NCBI GenBank assembly: GCA_011109175.1
Contig: RDEW01000002.1
Location: 352,831 to 416,830 of the forward strand
Source: Dicyema japonicum
Taxonomy: Eukaryota > Animalia > Dicyemida
Direction of reading: 5' to 3'
Length of the DNA stretch: 64,000 nt
The notes under the pieces are model-generated. The model was given only the letters and a program-made list of their open reading frames with translations. It ran no database searches and was not told the DNA's origin. The translations under genes were made by a program, and so were the position numbers. Positions 39,960-53,280 of this stretch are shown here, in pieces (positions within the stretch are counted from its first letter, which is position 1; each line of letters begins with the position of its first letter).

Positions 39960-40160
39960 AATTCTAAGTGCTTCTGCCAGAGTTTTAACTTTAAGTCCCA
40001 ACTGAGTTCTTGCGAAAACTCAGAGGATTGCTTGCCAGAAAGAAAAGGGATCAACGAGAAGGGTTATGGCTAAGACAAAAGATTGGAATTGCCATACTCC
40101 GAGGGAACTCGTTCGCAATCCACGCAGCAAGCTTCTTGAACTGACATTTGTTTAATTTTT
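39960..40160 (+). pseudogene. CRE-like 3' end, second subfamily; also at ~15070-15260, 54650-54712 and 54900-55010 (all -)
   Basis: REGLWLRQKIGIAILRGNSFAI matches the CRE RLE C-terminal motif and is followed by an A-rich tail. Confidence 0.75.
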
Positions 40161-40369
40161 AAAAAAAAAAAACTTATATTAATAAAAGACCCAACTAAAA
40201 AACTATGAGAATAACCTGGCCGATTTTTGAATGAGGTTCATTGGGTATTTCCCAGAGCTGCAAACGCTTCTTAAAAAGATATTGGGAAAAAAGTTTTTTT
40301 TATTAATTTAAAAATAAGATCATGTAAAAATTATTCATCTTTGTAATGATCATGGAAGGTTGGGAAAAC

Positions 40370-40730
40370 TAATAGGTACGGCACCAGGCCTCATAAAACA
40401 TGAAACGACGTCCTGGTATAGAGTGTAGAATCTCTTAGACAAGGGTGTTACAGGCCATTAGCGACGAGAGATATACAAGGGGAGAATGGCCTGCTTTCGT
40501 GGGTATTCCTCAAGCCGGAAGTTGGAGATACACTCCAATGTCGAACGGAAGATCCCGTCCAATATGTGCGAGTTGGTCGAATTTTTGCTCGTTGTATTGT
40601 CTGTCGTGCATTAAATCAATTACCAGTAACTTCACGTCCACTCCATACATAATTCCACTCCAACTGCTTCCTTTTATGTTTTTAGTCCCAACACTTATCC
40701 TCGGGTATCATCTTAGATAGTGATTGTCTG
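40370..40730 (-). pseudogene. CRE-like late-RT fragment
   Basis: DGIFRSTLECISNFRLE...QAILPL; homologous to 24940-25140. Confidence 0.6.
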
Positions 40731-43462
40731 ATTGAAGCGTTCGATGATCCTTTGACTCCTTGGATTGTTAGGAATATTATGAATTTGTTAGACGTTTAAG
40801 CAGTCACATAATTCTCTTACATGGAATATCTCATTCTGACACAACTTTCCGAATAATTTCTCTTTTCACGAAAAAAATATCTTTCATTGCAATATTGTTC
40901 CAATGTGTTGTTGTCAATAATAGGTCAATTGATGAATTTGCGAGGCCACTAATTATTAGAGAAAATGACAATTTTTTTTGTTTCCATTTGTGTCTTTATG
41001 GTATAACCTTCCATTGATAGATAAAAAAATTGTTTGACTTTTGAGTAAATCGTTATTTTTTGTCTTGTCATTAGATCGACGATCTCCTTCTCTTCCATTA
41101 TTTTCATTATATCAATTTATTCTTAGGTTGTTTTAACGAAAGATGGAGCAATCAACTTCAGTTTATAAAACTCGCCTGTATTATGCTATTTAAAGTTTAA
41201 AAATTGTTGCGCCTTCCAAAAATATTTAAATTAAATTTTTTAATTTTAAATATAATAAATGAAAAAAATATGTGTAAAGTTTAATAAAAAATGCTTGAAA
41301 TTGTAAATTTGAGCATTATGTAACGCGTAGATAAGTTCAATCGACTTGTAATACTTTTCTTCGCATTTGAGGAGATTCCCTTGCAGTGCAAAAGGTTAAT
41401 GATTGACTATTTATTGACGTTGTTTCGTTATTGATAGGATAGGAAGATCCTATAATAAATAAGTCATATGGTTCCTCACTGGTGAAATCACGGGGTCTTA
41501 CGTACGTCATGGATTTGATTGAGCTGAGACAAGTGGATGTCAGTATATATTGACCTTATTCTTCTAGTTGTCTCAACCACGATAATTAAGAACGTCAACC
41601 GATCTATAAGCCCTTTGTATTTCTTCCGCTTGCCTTCTCAGCTGTACGTCCGGAACGTACAGCGTGTCTACCGCATCCCTGACGATATTGAAAGGCATCG
41701 TAATCAAAATTGATTTAATTGACGAGAAGCGACTGCCTTTACTGCTGCAGAAGAAAAGGCTGATAGAATGCATGACCGATGATGTAAATAGATGTTTTCA
41801 AAAAGGAAGATTGAGTGATCTTGTATTGCATGTTGGCCCAGGTCTTGATTTTGTGGTTCAAAAGGCGTTAACCCATATGATACGACCAACTCCTAAACCA
41901 AAATATACTAAGTTTAATTATTTATGTCCACCAAGCAACACGCCTCTCACTATAGCAATCGATGTCAACTGAAGAACAATTTGGTTTTCACAAACGTCAT
42001 GCATTTTGAGTGTGACCAGACGTTCCCAATATCATTAAAAAAGACTTCCAATTTATCGCTCCGTTGTCTTGACACGAAAGGAAGTGAATCGATAGATAAA
42101 TCCTTGAGCTTTTCTCCTTTAACATTTTCTTAACCAGAATATATCGTTCAGCCTATGCAAAGAACTATCGGATTCGACAAAAAGCCTTAGTTTAGTGACT
42201 TTATAGACCCATGTGTCGGCAGATGAGACAAGTTTTTATAGTATTGACACCTGTAAAATATTAATAAAAAATAAACCTGCTTTTAGATTTCTGCCAAATT
42301 TTTATTACAGCCTCCCAAATTTCAATTACATTTAGTTTGTGTCAAAATGTGCATTAATATATGTTGCGGTTGAAGTCGAAATTGAGGTTGCTAATCAAGC
42401 AAAGTTTTTTATTGAACCGCAAAAATTCTTTATCTTTTTATCTAAAATTGCTACTATACTAAGCATGATTCAAATATGATAGCAAACTGATGAGATAATT
42501 ATTATAGTGTAGATTCGCAATTGAAATGTGATACCCGTCCCGTCGCTTGTCCCATCCCTCTGATGATCCGACTGTTAGACTCCTCCACTTTTTTCTGGAG
42601 ATTTCGATTTTCGGAGCTGTCTATATCATCTGCGACTTCTAATGCCACTTTAATATGAATGATGTTCATTATTGATGACAAGGTTGTTTGTGGCTTCCGT
42701 AGACAAACCCCTGAGCAGAGAAGTATGTTTTCATAATATCGTAGGTTGGAACGGCATGATTCATCTTTAATATGTGACATGTAATACCCATTGGGTTTAA
42801 AAAAATTACATTCAAGTGCTTCGATTTACACACTTGTATAGGTCTGGTTTTTGAAAAGTACAATTTCTGCAGGATGTGTTTTACAGATATGTGTAATTGA
42901 GGAACCGCACCACCTCACACAGTTTTGAGATAAATTTAATTTATTATTTTACATTAAAATTTTAAAATATTAACATTAAATATTTTAGATTTAATATTTT
43001 TATAATTGCGCATGAATTATACAATTTAATATATAAATGTGTATGACCTTTCTCCATCCAACCTTGCAATAAAAAAAACTCACTCAGAATTTCTTCGGAA
43101 AAGGCTGAGACTCTAAAGAAAAAGAATTACAAAAGTCTTAGTTGACAGTTCATTTTCGACTAGTCGCCTGGAAACTTCTGGAATCATTGGAAGCAGATCA
43201 CTGACCCTGCTGAAACGTAGCAGATCGCTTATGGAGCTGGCTAATTGAACACATTTCCTTATTATTGAGCACAAAGTTACATCTAAAAATAAAAAAAATG
43301 ATAGCATTAAGTGTACTTGAGCTATGCGGTAGAGCTCAGAGATTCATCACCAGTTCAATTATCAAGCCAATTGACCACGTGGTTAACTGGTCAAAAATAT
43401 TAAATTGGTATTGACTAAATTACTCAATTTATTAAAATGAAAATGAAGGCAAATCAACTTGC

Positions 43463-44673
43463 TTATAAATTAATGACTGTTTTGATTCCATTGGAGGAAA
43501 TCAAATTATCGAATGCCTCTTGGTACTCATCAATTCCGTAACGGTGTGTAATGATATCAGAGACATTCACTTTCCCAGAACTGATTAGGTCGATTGCATG
43601 TGGATAACTGAAAATGTACATTCGAAGTCTACCAATTATAAGTGTTTATAAATCCTCGGACTTCCAAAAATTTCCAGACTATATTAGAAGTCAAGACTGA
43701 AGTTTTGGGGGATCCAAGTCCTACAAGAGTCAACACCCCACCGGGGGAAGTTGCCTTTTATGATCTTTTAAAATAAGTACATTAATGAGGCTTTCTATGT
43801 TTGAACTGATCCCACAACAGTCGATAGATACATCAGCCATTCTTCCCAGTTGACTTACTACTCTTTTTCCTATCTCAATGGGAGATTCTCCTTTTTGTAC
43901 GACAACTCCACAATCAGCTCCTTTTTTCATAGCAAAGCTGACTTTATCTCTAGAAACGTCTAAATTTAAGTTGATGCAACAACCCATGACGCAAATTCGT
44001 GAAGCTCCACTAACTTTAGCAATCATCATTGTTAGTAAGCCAATGACCCCTGCACGTGTTTTCAGATAAATAAATACCGACTCCACCAATAAGAACAGTT
44101 TGTCCAATCGATATTCCAGCACGTTTGCAGATACCCACGGCAATGGAAAGTGGCTGAACAAGTGCACCTTCCTCAAAAGACATTGAATCTGGAATTTTGA
44201 AGCAACAAGAAGCTTTCTGCGTGTGATACTCTGAAAGGGCTCCATCTTGATTGACATCTCCCAAATAATTGAGATTTTCGCAAATGTTTGATTTTCCTAC
44301 TTTGCAAAATTTACAGTCATTGCATTTTATAAGAGGCTCAACTGCAACTCTGTCTCCTACTTGATTATCCACTTTAAGACCTGGTCTTAAATTTGTAACA
44401 TTTGACCCGACCTCTTCCACAATTCCAGCTGGTTCGTGTCTAAGTCGAAGAGGTCGCAGATTTATCAAATTATTAAGGCCACCATTTTTCCAGCTTGCAC
44501 GTCACTCCCACAAAGTCCAACAGATTTTATTCTGATTTTGACTTCTAAGATTGAAATTAGCTATTTAACCATCAACGTCTATTTTTGGTGGAGTTTGTAT
44601 TTCCTAGTTATGAATTATGCTAGATTACCAATCGTAAATCATTGGGACCATATAAAACGACAGATTTCGACAT
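43463..44673 (-). CDS. SORD: Sorbitol dehydrogenase-like zinc alcohol dehydrogenase; 8 exons; one -1 frameshift (possible pseudogene or assembly error)
   Basis: MSKSVVLYGPNDLRL...VGLCGSDV, RHEPAG, GDRVAVEP, CNDCKFCKVGKSNIC, SFEEGALVQPLS, GGVGVIGL, TLVGLG, ITHRY. GT-AG introns at 44604-44628, 44545-44569, 44357-44380, 44050-44077, 43960-43983, 43755-43780 and 43608-43632. Spliced length is 1034 nt, one short of a multiple of 3. Confidence 0.92.
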
Positions 44674-45189
44674 TGTCAAATGTTAGCGACAAAACTCACT
44701 TTATAGTTGTGGTTTATAGTGGTCATATTTAAAAATCTGATAAGCTTACTAATTCATCGATGTGGTTAATCCCAAAGCGTGTTATTGACTATAAGAATTC
44801 CAACATTATTAATTCTATCGGAAAGATAATTTCATATTCTTATTATGATTTAAAATTATTTTGATGAGATGATGATGTGAAATAGAGTTATTTGAGAACT
44901 TCAACTTTCCGGTTACTAACCATTTTTGTTATAAATATTGGATGGACTTGAGATTTTACGCTTAAAAATTAAAATTTAGACCTGCTAATTATAGAAATAA
45001 AAATAATTAACATTTAATTCGATTATACATTTATTATCGAATAAAAGGTCATTAAATTTTTAATAAAATCTAATAATTGTCTTAATAAAATCTCTCAAAT
45101 AATTTTAATAAAATCTCTTAAATAATTGTCTCTCAATAAAAAAATGAAATCTAATTAAACTCAGCGTTATATAACCATCAACCTTTTTC

Positions 45190-45800
45190 TGGCTGATATC
45201 CCGAGTCTTGAATCTAATAACGATGTTCTACTTTCCTATGCGGATGATATTGTGTTGGCTTCTCGAGATCAGGACATCCAGAAAGCCACAGAAGGAATAC
45301 AAATTAACCTGGACAGGCTTAATTCCTGGATGATGGAAAACCGGCTCGTGGTGAATGCAGAGAAGTCGTCTACGTCACTATTTAACTCTGACAAAAGATT
45401 GGGAAGGAAAACAGTCACCGTGAAGTTAAACGAGGTCGGCATCTTTTTCCACAGATGTCAAAGGATCTTGGGTGTGACAATTGATATGAATCTCTGTTTA
45501 ACACTTCACATAGAAAACATTCTATTGAAATGCGAGAAGAAACTGAACGTATTGAAAAGTTTATCAGGAAAATGGAAGAGTGGTACTCACCCAGTCTTGT
45601 TGAAAGTATACAAACAATACATCGACCCATGTTTCTCATTTGCATGCGCCTCGTGGGGACCGTCCATATCTTGAACAAATATGATGAAAATCAAGAAAAT
45701 GCAAAAGAGGGCTTACAGAATACGGAGTGTTGGATTTGTGAAGATCATCAACCCGGACCTACGCCTCTGGATGCCTTTATGAGACTAGACTCAAGATGAC
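45190..45800 (+). pseudogene. Vingi-like RT C-terminal fragment
   Basis: LSYADDIVLASRD...RLVVNAEKS...ILGVTID...YKQYIDPCFSFACASWGP. Confidence 0.85.
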
Positions 45801-46299
45801 GAGACGCCTCTGGAGGCCTGTACGTTCATGCGATGGCACGAAGGAATGGTTGTTGAAACAGCTCCGAGAGCGCCTTGTCCAATTGAACCCTCTGCTCATA
45901 TGGCATCTCGGGGCTCTGCTTCCTACACTACAATGTCAGGTTATATAGGGTCGGCTTTAATACAGTAAACTGTAGATAGACAAGAAGCTTCATATCTACG
46001 CCTAACAGCTATAGATAACCCTTGTGGTACTTTGTTGCAATTCTTTCCCACGTCTTTATTATTATAATGACGATGCCTTACAACCAAGCATCTGTTAAAA
46101 TCTAATCACTGATATATATTATCGTTATTGTTTATAATTATATCAGTGACAAAATATTCAGATATTCAATATATAAGCAGCATAAATGGAATTTAGACAC
46201 AAATCGTTATTGTTAATAATTATATCAGTGATTACACTATAACAAAATGAAATGTTGTGATCATACTTGAAGGATGATACTACAAATAAATTATATATC

Positions 46300-46610
46300 G
46301 CATCTACTTTATGACCCCATACATACCCGTTTTGACTTCTCGGCCTTCTCGGAAGCAGAACAGGCTCCAAAGGTACTATGATGTAGGTTGTAAGGAAAGA
46401 ATGTGTCGCAAGGGTTTGCAGTTTTAAAATGGTAGATGGTCATCCCATCGAGTCGTTTCCCGTCACTTCTGCAAAAAGAGCGACCGGTTCGAGCATAGAA
46501 AGATGTTCGGAATAGTCAAAAGCTCGCCTAACGGCTTCGTTCAAACTCGTTCAAACCGGGAGATCTGCATGCACTCTTCCAGTGGAAGGGAAGATTCACG
46601 GAAAAACAAT
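46300..46610 (-). pseudogene. CRE-like RLE fragment; related pieces at ~43080-43290 and ~47280-47520 (+)
   Basis: EPV...DGKRLDGMTI...CDT...ASEKAEKSK resembles the CRE DGKRPDG endonuclease motif. Confidence 0.75.
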
Positions 46611-47941
46611 AAACAAAAAGAGTTAAAAAATAATTAATGATGATATAAAACGGTTAGAAGACTATTTGATTGTTTTCTAATAATTACGTTAACGAATTGT
46701 GTATGAAATAACTATAATAGGTGATCCAATAGAATACGACAGAAGATTAAAGCTGCTGGTTAATTAAGCGAATCTCGCTAACCATCCTGAAAGGGAATAG
46801 CCACGCACTCAGGGCGGCCGCTATATGACCAATTGTTTACTTTTTTATGAAGATTAAAGTAATAAAAAGTTTGTAAGTAAGTAATTATTTCATTTCTGCT
46901 AAAAATGTTTTTATGGCTCGTTAACTTCCGACGGATAGAATTTAATGGTAAACCTATGAAAGTTGATATCATGGATTGTTTCATCATAAGTTCCATCGAC
47001 AACATCATAGTCTAACAATAAACTAAATAATACTTGAGAATATTCTGAAAGTGAAATGAATATAAAAATTAAAGCCAGCATTAACAAAATATTCAGATAT
47101 TCAATATTAATAAATTTTTGTTGCTTTTGAGTTCTTAAATTGGATAAGACAAGTTATTCAATTTGATAATTTGTCCACTAAATGTCTAATTAATTTCATA
47201 TTATGTCTACCAATGGAATAAATGAATGGATTTGTTTTTCAATCATATTTGTCGATTGTTTTAACAAATCATTGCGAAACAACTGGTGTGGATAGGATCT
47301 CTACTTGCAAACCTTGTTATGACAGCAACTAACCCAGGCTCTGCCTCAGAGAAAGCTGAGACCCTAAACGTGAAGAAATACGTATGTTTTGGTGGACAGT
47401 TCATTTTTGACCAGTAGCCGTGAAAACGTTAAAATTTAATGAAACATGTCATTGATTCTGATAGACAGAATCAGATCGCTCATTGCGAAGAAGAAAAATG
47501 ATAAAAAGTTAAAAAAAGATATGATAAATTCAAGGTCATTATAACGCAAAATCGATTGTTACAATTCATATAAAAGGTTGCTCAATTTCGATATCATTGA
47601 CCTAAGCGATCTTTAAAAGATATCTTCTAAGGCCATATGACTTCATTCGTCTCGGCGACAACGGTTGCTCATGAAATCTTGTAAGTGACAGTTGTATTTG
47701 GTTATTTAAAGTTTTCGAATACTAATGGTGCCTTCAAAGCTTCTTTTAGGAATCTTATAATTTCTGAGTGCAAAAAGGTATCCATGGATGCCCCATTGCA
47801 AATAAGGGTTTCCTAAGAGAGAATAAATAACTGTCTTGACTACTTAAGAGAGATAACAAGAAAGGGCAACTTGGAAAAGGAAAATTAACGAAATTATTAG
47901 GAGTATTTAAAATAAATAAACAACGAGAAAAGTAATAGTAG

Positions 47942-49132
47942 TTAAAGAATAGGTACATATGACATTGGTCCTATGCTATTTCGGCGTTTAATAACAAATG
48001 TGATGACTCCGATGATTGTAGGTGTTACAACAGTGAGTATAATTCCTATAATAATATACATTTTAGAATAATTAGAAATTTTATTTTTTCCAGGAATTCC
48101 TTTTTCAAAACAAACTGACTCTAAAATTCAGGAAAAATCAAACCGTTCCAAATATAACGGAATTTAAAATCATCCCGTAAAATTTGTGCCTTAAATAATG
48201 AAAACTCAACATATATGTCATCAGAAAATTTAGTGAGAGACAATTCGAAGTTACATGAATTTTTAACATCAATAAAATTGGTCTCATTAGGACTCCAAGA
48301 TCCAGTATAGATTTTATCGATGATTAACTGAATTTTGGACATATGATATTTTTTGTGATACAAAATAAATATAAAAAGGAATTTAAAACGTTTCCCCTTA
48401 AGAGATAATTCAATACTATTGTTATCAAAATTAATCTTCGTTTTCAAAATCTCGGAAAAAGCTAATAAAACATTAAACTAATATTAAAATATACAATTTA
48501 CTATTTCAACTTTGTGATTATAAAAAAATATGATTTTAAAAAGCCTACTTAATATTCCTTTCAGTCGATTTTCGGCAATAAAATACCAATATCGAACTTT
48601 CGGATCGTTAAATGGATTACAATCATTTGCTAAATTAAATTATATCAAACCTTTTCCAATAAAAGATGATCTTGATTGTTTATTGTAATATTCTATCACC
48701 AAAGAATATATCGCGAGAGTATTACCATTTTCAAAATTTACGGACATATATCCGCATCTGTAATAATCTCCTTGTTTAATTTTTGGAAGATTTGTTGTAT
48801 TTGTATAGGTTTTATTATCTTTGAGTGGTAAATATTTATTACTAGAATTTAAATCAATTTTTATTGAAATTTGGAAGAATTCCTCTGTGGATTCAAAATA
48901 AAATTGGTAAATCAAGTTATTTATTTGCTTTGTAATTGGCATTTTATTAAAATAAACCTGACAAGAAATAATTTCAAATGTATAATTGTCTGTCGTCTAA
49001 CATTATTATTTATAAAAAAACATTTCTAAGTGTACTTTTCAATAAACTTTTTCCATATACTGACATTCGATGTTTTAATTCAAAATCCAAAAATGAGGAC
49101 AAATACATTAATAATAAAATTAACAATAACAT
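47942..49132 (-). CDS. Type I membrane glycoprotein, LAMP-like architecture, paralogue A (365 aa, 5 exons)
   Basis: Signal-like MLLLILLLMYLSS. GT-AG introns at 48997-49021, 48630-48650, 48478-48501 and 48121-48143. Spliced CDS is 1098 nt and open. C-terminal hydrophobic segment, then tail KRRNSIGPMSYVPIL*. Confidence 0.85.
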
Positions 49133-49229
49133 AAGTATCTAAAGTGACACGTCGATGTTAATAATTTAGGTCACTTGTTATATTCATGAATTTAATTTTT
49201 TTAATTTTGAAACAAATGATATTTATTTA

Positions 49230-50160
49230 AAAAATTTATAATTATAATAATCTAAATTTTTCCGAGCATGTAGAGTTCTTATTTATTTCCAAGATTTTTT
49301 TCTCATTGTCATGTTTACTCCAGATGTTCTCCCAGAAAGCGAGGAATTCATTTTCAATAAAGCCAAACTTGGCTTTTTCATGTTCCCAATTCAGATTCTT
49401 GTAAAAGTACCTCATATTTAGTTCAAAGCACCAATTCTGTCTTTTATATTCGTTTTTTGACTGATAAATTTTTTGTTTCTTTTCTAAGATTTTGATTTCA
49501 TCTTGGATACAAGATGCAAATCTTCCAATTATTACCTTCTTTGATTTTCGAAATCTATATCTACTCAGAATTTCTTTGGTTTCTTCGTCATAACTTTGGT
49601 TTGATTTCTGTTCTCCAATTGTTTGGATTTGTACCATTATCTTCTTTTAATTTCTGCTCTCCAAACCTTGTCCTCTATGCAAACTGCCCTGTGACTGACG
49701 AAACAGTGTCAATTGAAAAACTCTTCAGGTTTTTGGCAAAGCTCTTATCCACTTCCGTGGGTCGGATGATTTTGTAAAACGAGAGTATCCGTATCGGAAT
49801 TGACCTGTGGTTTGTTCAAAATCTGTGAAACTCGTTGTGGACCCATGATTGAAAGAAATAAGATTAATTTTCTTTTCAGCAAAAGGAGTATTGTAGGTTT
49901 TTCCAACAAGGACATTATTAAACGTGGATTAGAGTTAGCTGTTTTCATTCTCAAAATCTCTGTCCTCTATGCATACTGCCCCGTGACTGACGAGGCAGTG
50001 TCAATTGAAAAACTTTTCAGTTCCAAGAAGGAAAATTTCAAGAAACCCCTACCCACAATTTTGACATATTTTGGAAGCGGGGAATCTCTCCTTTTGGAAG
50101 ATTTTTTTGTCAGGGGGACGATGCTCCTCGAAGAGCTTATTGTCATGAAAATTTAAAGAC
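49230..50160 (-). pseudogene. R4/Dong-like non-LTR fragment (region upstream of RT)
   Basis: SRYR...QNWCFELNMRYFYKNL...FWENIWS motif. Internal ~80-bp duplication at ~49660 and ~49955. Confidence 0.65.
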
Positions 50161-50949
50161 TGATAAAAAATCGAGTCTTATATTATTTATATATTTTTTT
50201 TATTTTATATAACATTTATATTATATTTTATTTAAAATTATTAGCGTGATTTCAATACTTCGTGTGAATTTTGTTCATAAAAAGTTTGAACCTATAAAGA
50301 GGAAAATATTTCGTATGGATTTATTATAAATCCTAAGGATCCTCATAAACCGCTTTGTTTGCAATGTGGTACAGATTGAAGATTTTTCGAGTAAACGAGA
50401 AGAACGAGTCCGTGGAGGTGTTGCCACTTGTGCTACTTTAATGTTCTCAAGTCGGACGAGTTACAAGTCGAGGATCCACATTAAAAGACGAAGGAACATA
50501 TTGCACTGAAGGGGATTTCCTCAACGTGAAGAAATGTATTACAAGTCTATTGACTTATTTTACAAGACGAAGGAACAAATTACAAGTCGAATGGACAAAT
50601 TCTACAAGAACGAAGGAACCTTATGGAGGACGCGATAGCCAAAGGGTCAAAATCTCCGGATATATTCCAAGTAGGACCTATTACCCACACAAATTTCTTG
50701 GGACCACCGTGGAAGAACATACTGGGGAAAGGACCTACACGGGGAGAACTTTCTGGAGATGGGCGTACTGTCTTTGTACTATCAACGTTCTGGAAATAAA
50801 TTATGATGCTTAACCAACTAGACAAGTAATAAGATGGATGTCAAGGAAAAAGTGCACCCTGATGAACAGTCCAGACTAACCGGCGGACTGACAGATAACT
50901 ATTCCATAACTTGTTGTTTTAATTCATTTTTAATGTGGTTCAATGTTTT

Positions 50950-52329
50950 CTTGAGGCAATGAAACCATCGCGCTTAATCGAACATTTAAGTGCAAACATC
51001 CATACTCAATTGGAAAAAAACAGAATTTTTTTTGAATTAAAAAATTATTATGAAAACAAAAACACTTTATTTTCTCTTTTAATAAAAGTATATTTAAAAA
51101 TGTTTCTGGACTTTTTTATTCATACAAGTTGCAGAGATAATTGTAAAAACTGGTTATTTTATTTATTTTAATTTGTAGGTAATCTCCATCGATAGCAGAG
51201 AGTGCTATTCGCCCGTGATTAGACTCATTTATTCACGAATTTTTACAAAAAAATTCTTCAAATATACTGAAGACCATCCTATCAAGCAATGATACAATAA
51301 GAGGGAAAATTGATGAAATGTCTAATGACATTGAACAATCTTTAATATTATCTCTCAGAGAACGTAAGTTTTCCGTTCAACTTGACGAATCAGTTGTCAT
51401 TGATAATCAATCTATTTTGATGGCTTATGTAAGGTATTTTAAATATATAACTCATAAAGATTTTTTGATGATGACTGTAATTAGCAAGAAAAGTTATTTT
51501 TTGTAAAATCTTTAATTACGGATACTACAGAATTATCTATATTCAAATTTATACTTTTAATTTGAATTGGATTTTTAAAAAATTGAATGAAGTTTAATTG
51601 AGATTAGAAGGGGATTAATTTAATTGATTGTAAAAAAAATTATTAATACCCACATTGAAAACGTTGAGTTTTTTCAATTTAGCTTGATTAAAAAAATTTT
51701 AGACCTCTAGAATTTTATGATGATATTTTTAAAAACAGCGATTCAAAAATTTACGAATTATACTTAAAATCTTTGGGGACCAATATTTGAAAAAAAGAAT
51801 TTTTGAACTGAAATATTTGAAATTTTCTGATTGGATGATTAATCCTTTTGTACTCGTTACGGATGACTGTGACTAAGAATTTGAAGAAGAATTAATTGAA
51901 ATAAAAATGATGAGATATCAAATTAAAATCCTAAAAGTGAAGACCTTTCACAGTTCTGGGTATCTAAATTAATGAAGTAAAAGTCCCGAAATTATGTGAA
52001 AAAAGTGACTCTAAGCATTTTATGTTTTCCGACTTAATATTGCGTAGAAATAGGATTTAGCACTCTCAACAATGTCATCGGGAAAAAACGAAACAAAATA
52101 AGTATACAAAAAAGAAAAGCTATAAGGATTGCATTTCCGAAAAAAAAGGCAAATTTAGAGAATTTTGTGAATACTCATCAACCACAGGGATCTCATCAAA
52201 ACTATGATTTTTAAATAAAAAAAATATATCTTAAATAATTTATGTTAGTGTTTATAACTCTTTGACTTGTGAACTGAGGAGCTAAAAAAAATTGCGGAGG
52301 CGATTCAATAAAAAAGTTGAGAACCACTG
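50950..52329 (+). pseudogene. hAT (Buster/Charlie, ZBED5-like) transposase remnant with right TIR
   Basis: MKPSRLIEHL; KFSVQLDESVVIDNQSILMAYVRY; WMINPF. TIR GTTGAGAACCACTG at 52316-52329 (reverse complement CAGTGGTTCTCAAC). Confidence 0.85.
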
Positions 52330-52499
52330 GTCTATCTTATCGAATCTCATCTTTCCTACTGCCAATTTAATAACTGATCTCCTTGTTTTCTTTAATAAAA
52401 ATAGTATTCTATTTTTCTTCGATAGGTAATACTATCTCTCGTATCCATAGAGTAAATTGTGTAATTATTCTCGAAAGATGAATTGAAAGGTATCCCTAA

Positions 52500-53280
52500 T
52501 GACATGAAGCTTGTGGATAAATAGAAAAGCTTGAAGAGCTTTCTTCTTCATCCATCTGATATCATACATATATACATCGCGGTCAATCTCTACTGTCAAA
52601 TAGCGTAGCGAAAGTAAATTTTTTATCTAATGTTTTTTCCCTTATTTGATCCCTGACGCGACAAATTCGTAGAGTGTGGGACTTTTCAGGTGACAGCATT
52701 AACCCTCTTGTGTAACACCTATTATCAATAATGTTCATTTATTATTTAGGCCTCATTTCTGATATTACCGACTCTTAGTCATATCCATTGTTTGTCAAAC
52801 TCGCGATGAAGATATTAAACAGTGTTGGGTTCAATTCTGAGTCCTGTGGACCCCTGATAAACGGGAACCTACTGGAGATAAGTACTCCCACTNTAAATAG
52901 AAAAGGTTGAAGAGCTTTCTTCTTCACGCATCTGATATCATACATATATACATCATGGTCAATCTCTACTGTCAAATAGCGTAGCGAAAGTAAATGTTTT
53001 ATCTGATGTTTTATCCCTTATTTGATCCCTGACGTGACAAATTCATAAAGTGTGGGACTTTTCAGGTGACAGCATTAACCCTCTTGTGTAACACCTATTT
53101 TTAATAATGTTCATTTATTATTTAGGCCTCATTTCTGATATCACCGACTCTAGACATATCCATTGTTTGTCAAACTCGCGATGAAGATATTAAACAGTGT
53201 TGGGTTCAATTCTGAGTCCTGTGGACTCCTGATAAACGGGAACCTACTAGAGATAAGTACTCCCACTTTAACATAAGTAA
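52500..53280 (-). pseudogene. LINE RT fragment present twice in tandem around a single N (52893)
   Basis: RGPQDSELNPTLFNIFI resembles GVPQGSVLGPTLFNIFI. Repeat unit is ~365 bp. Confidence 0.7.

Noticed and set aside
41570-41980. Penelope-like RT or host gene
   Set aside because: Only a faint SIKSILITMP resemblance to the PLE motif; no further motifs or intron pattern.
52560-53270. Tandem duplications around single Ns (52893, 54713) as biological events
   Set aside because: The junction falls exactly on an N, which is typical of overlapping contig or haplotype ends joined in scaffolding.
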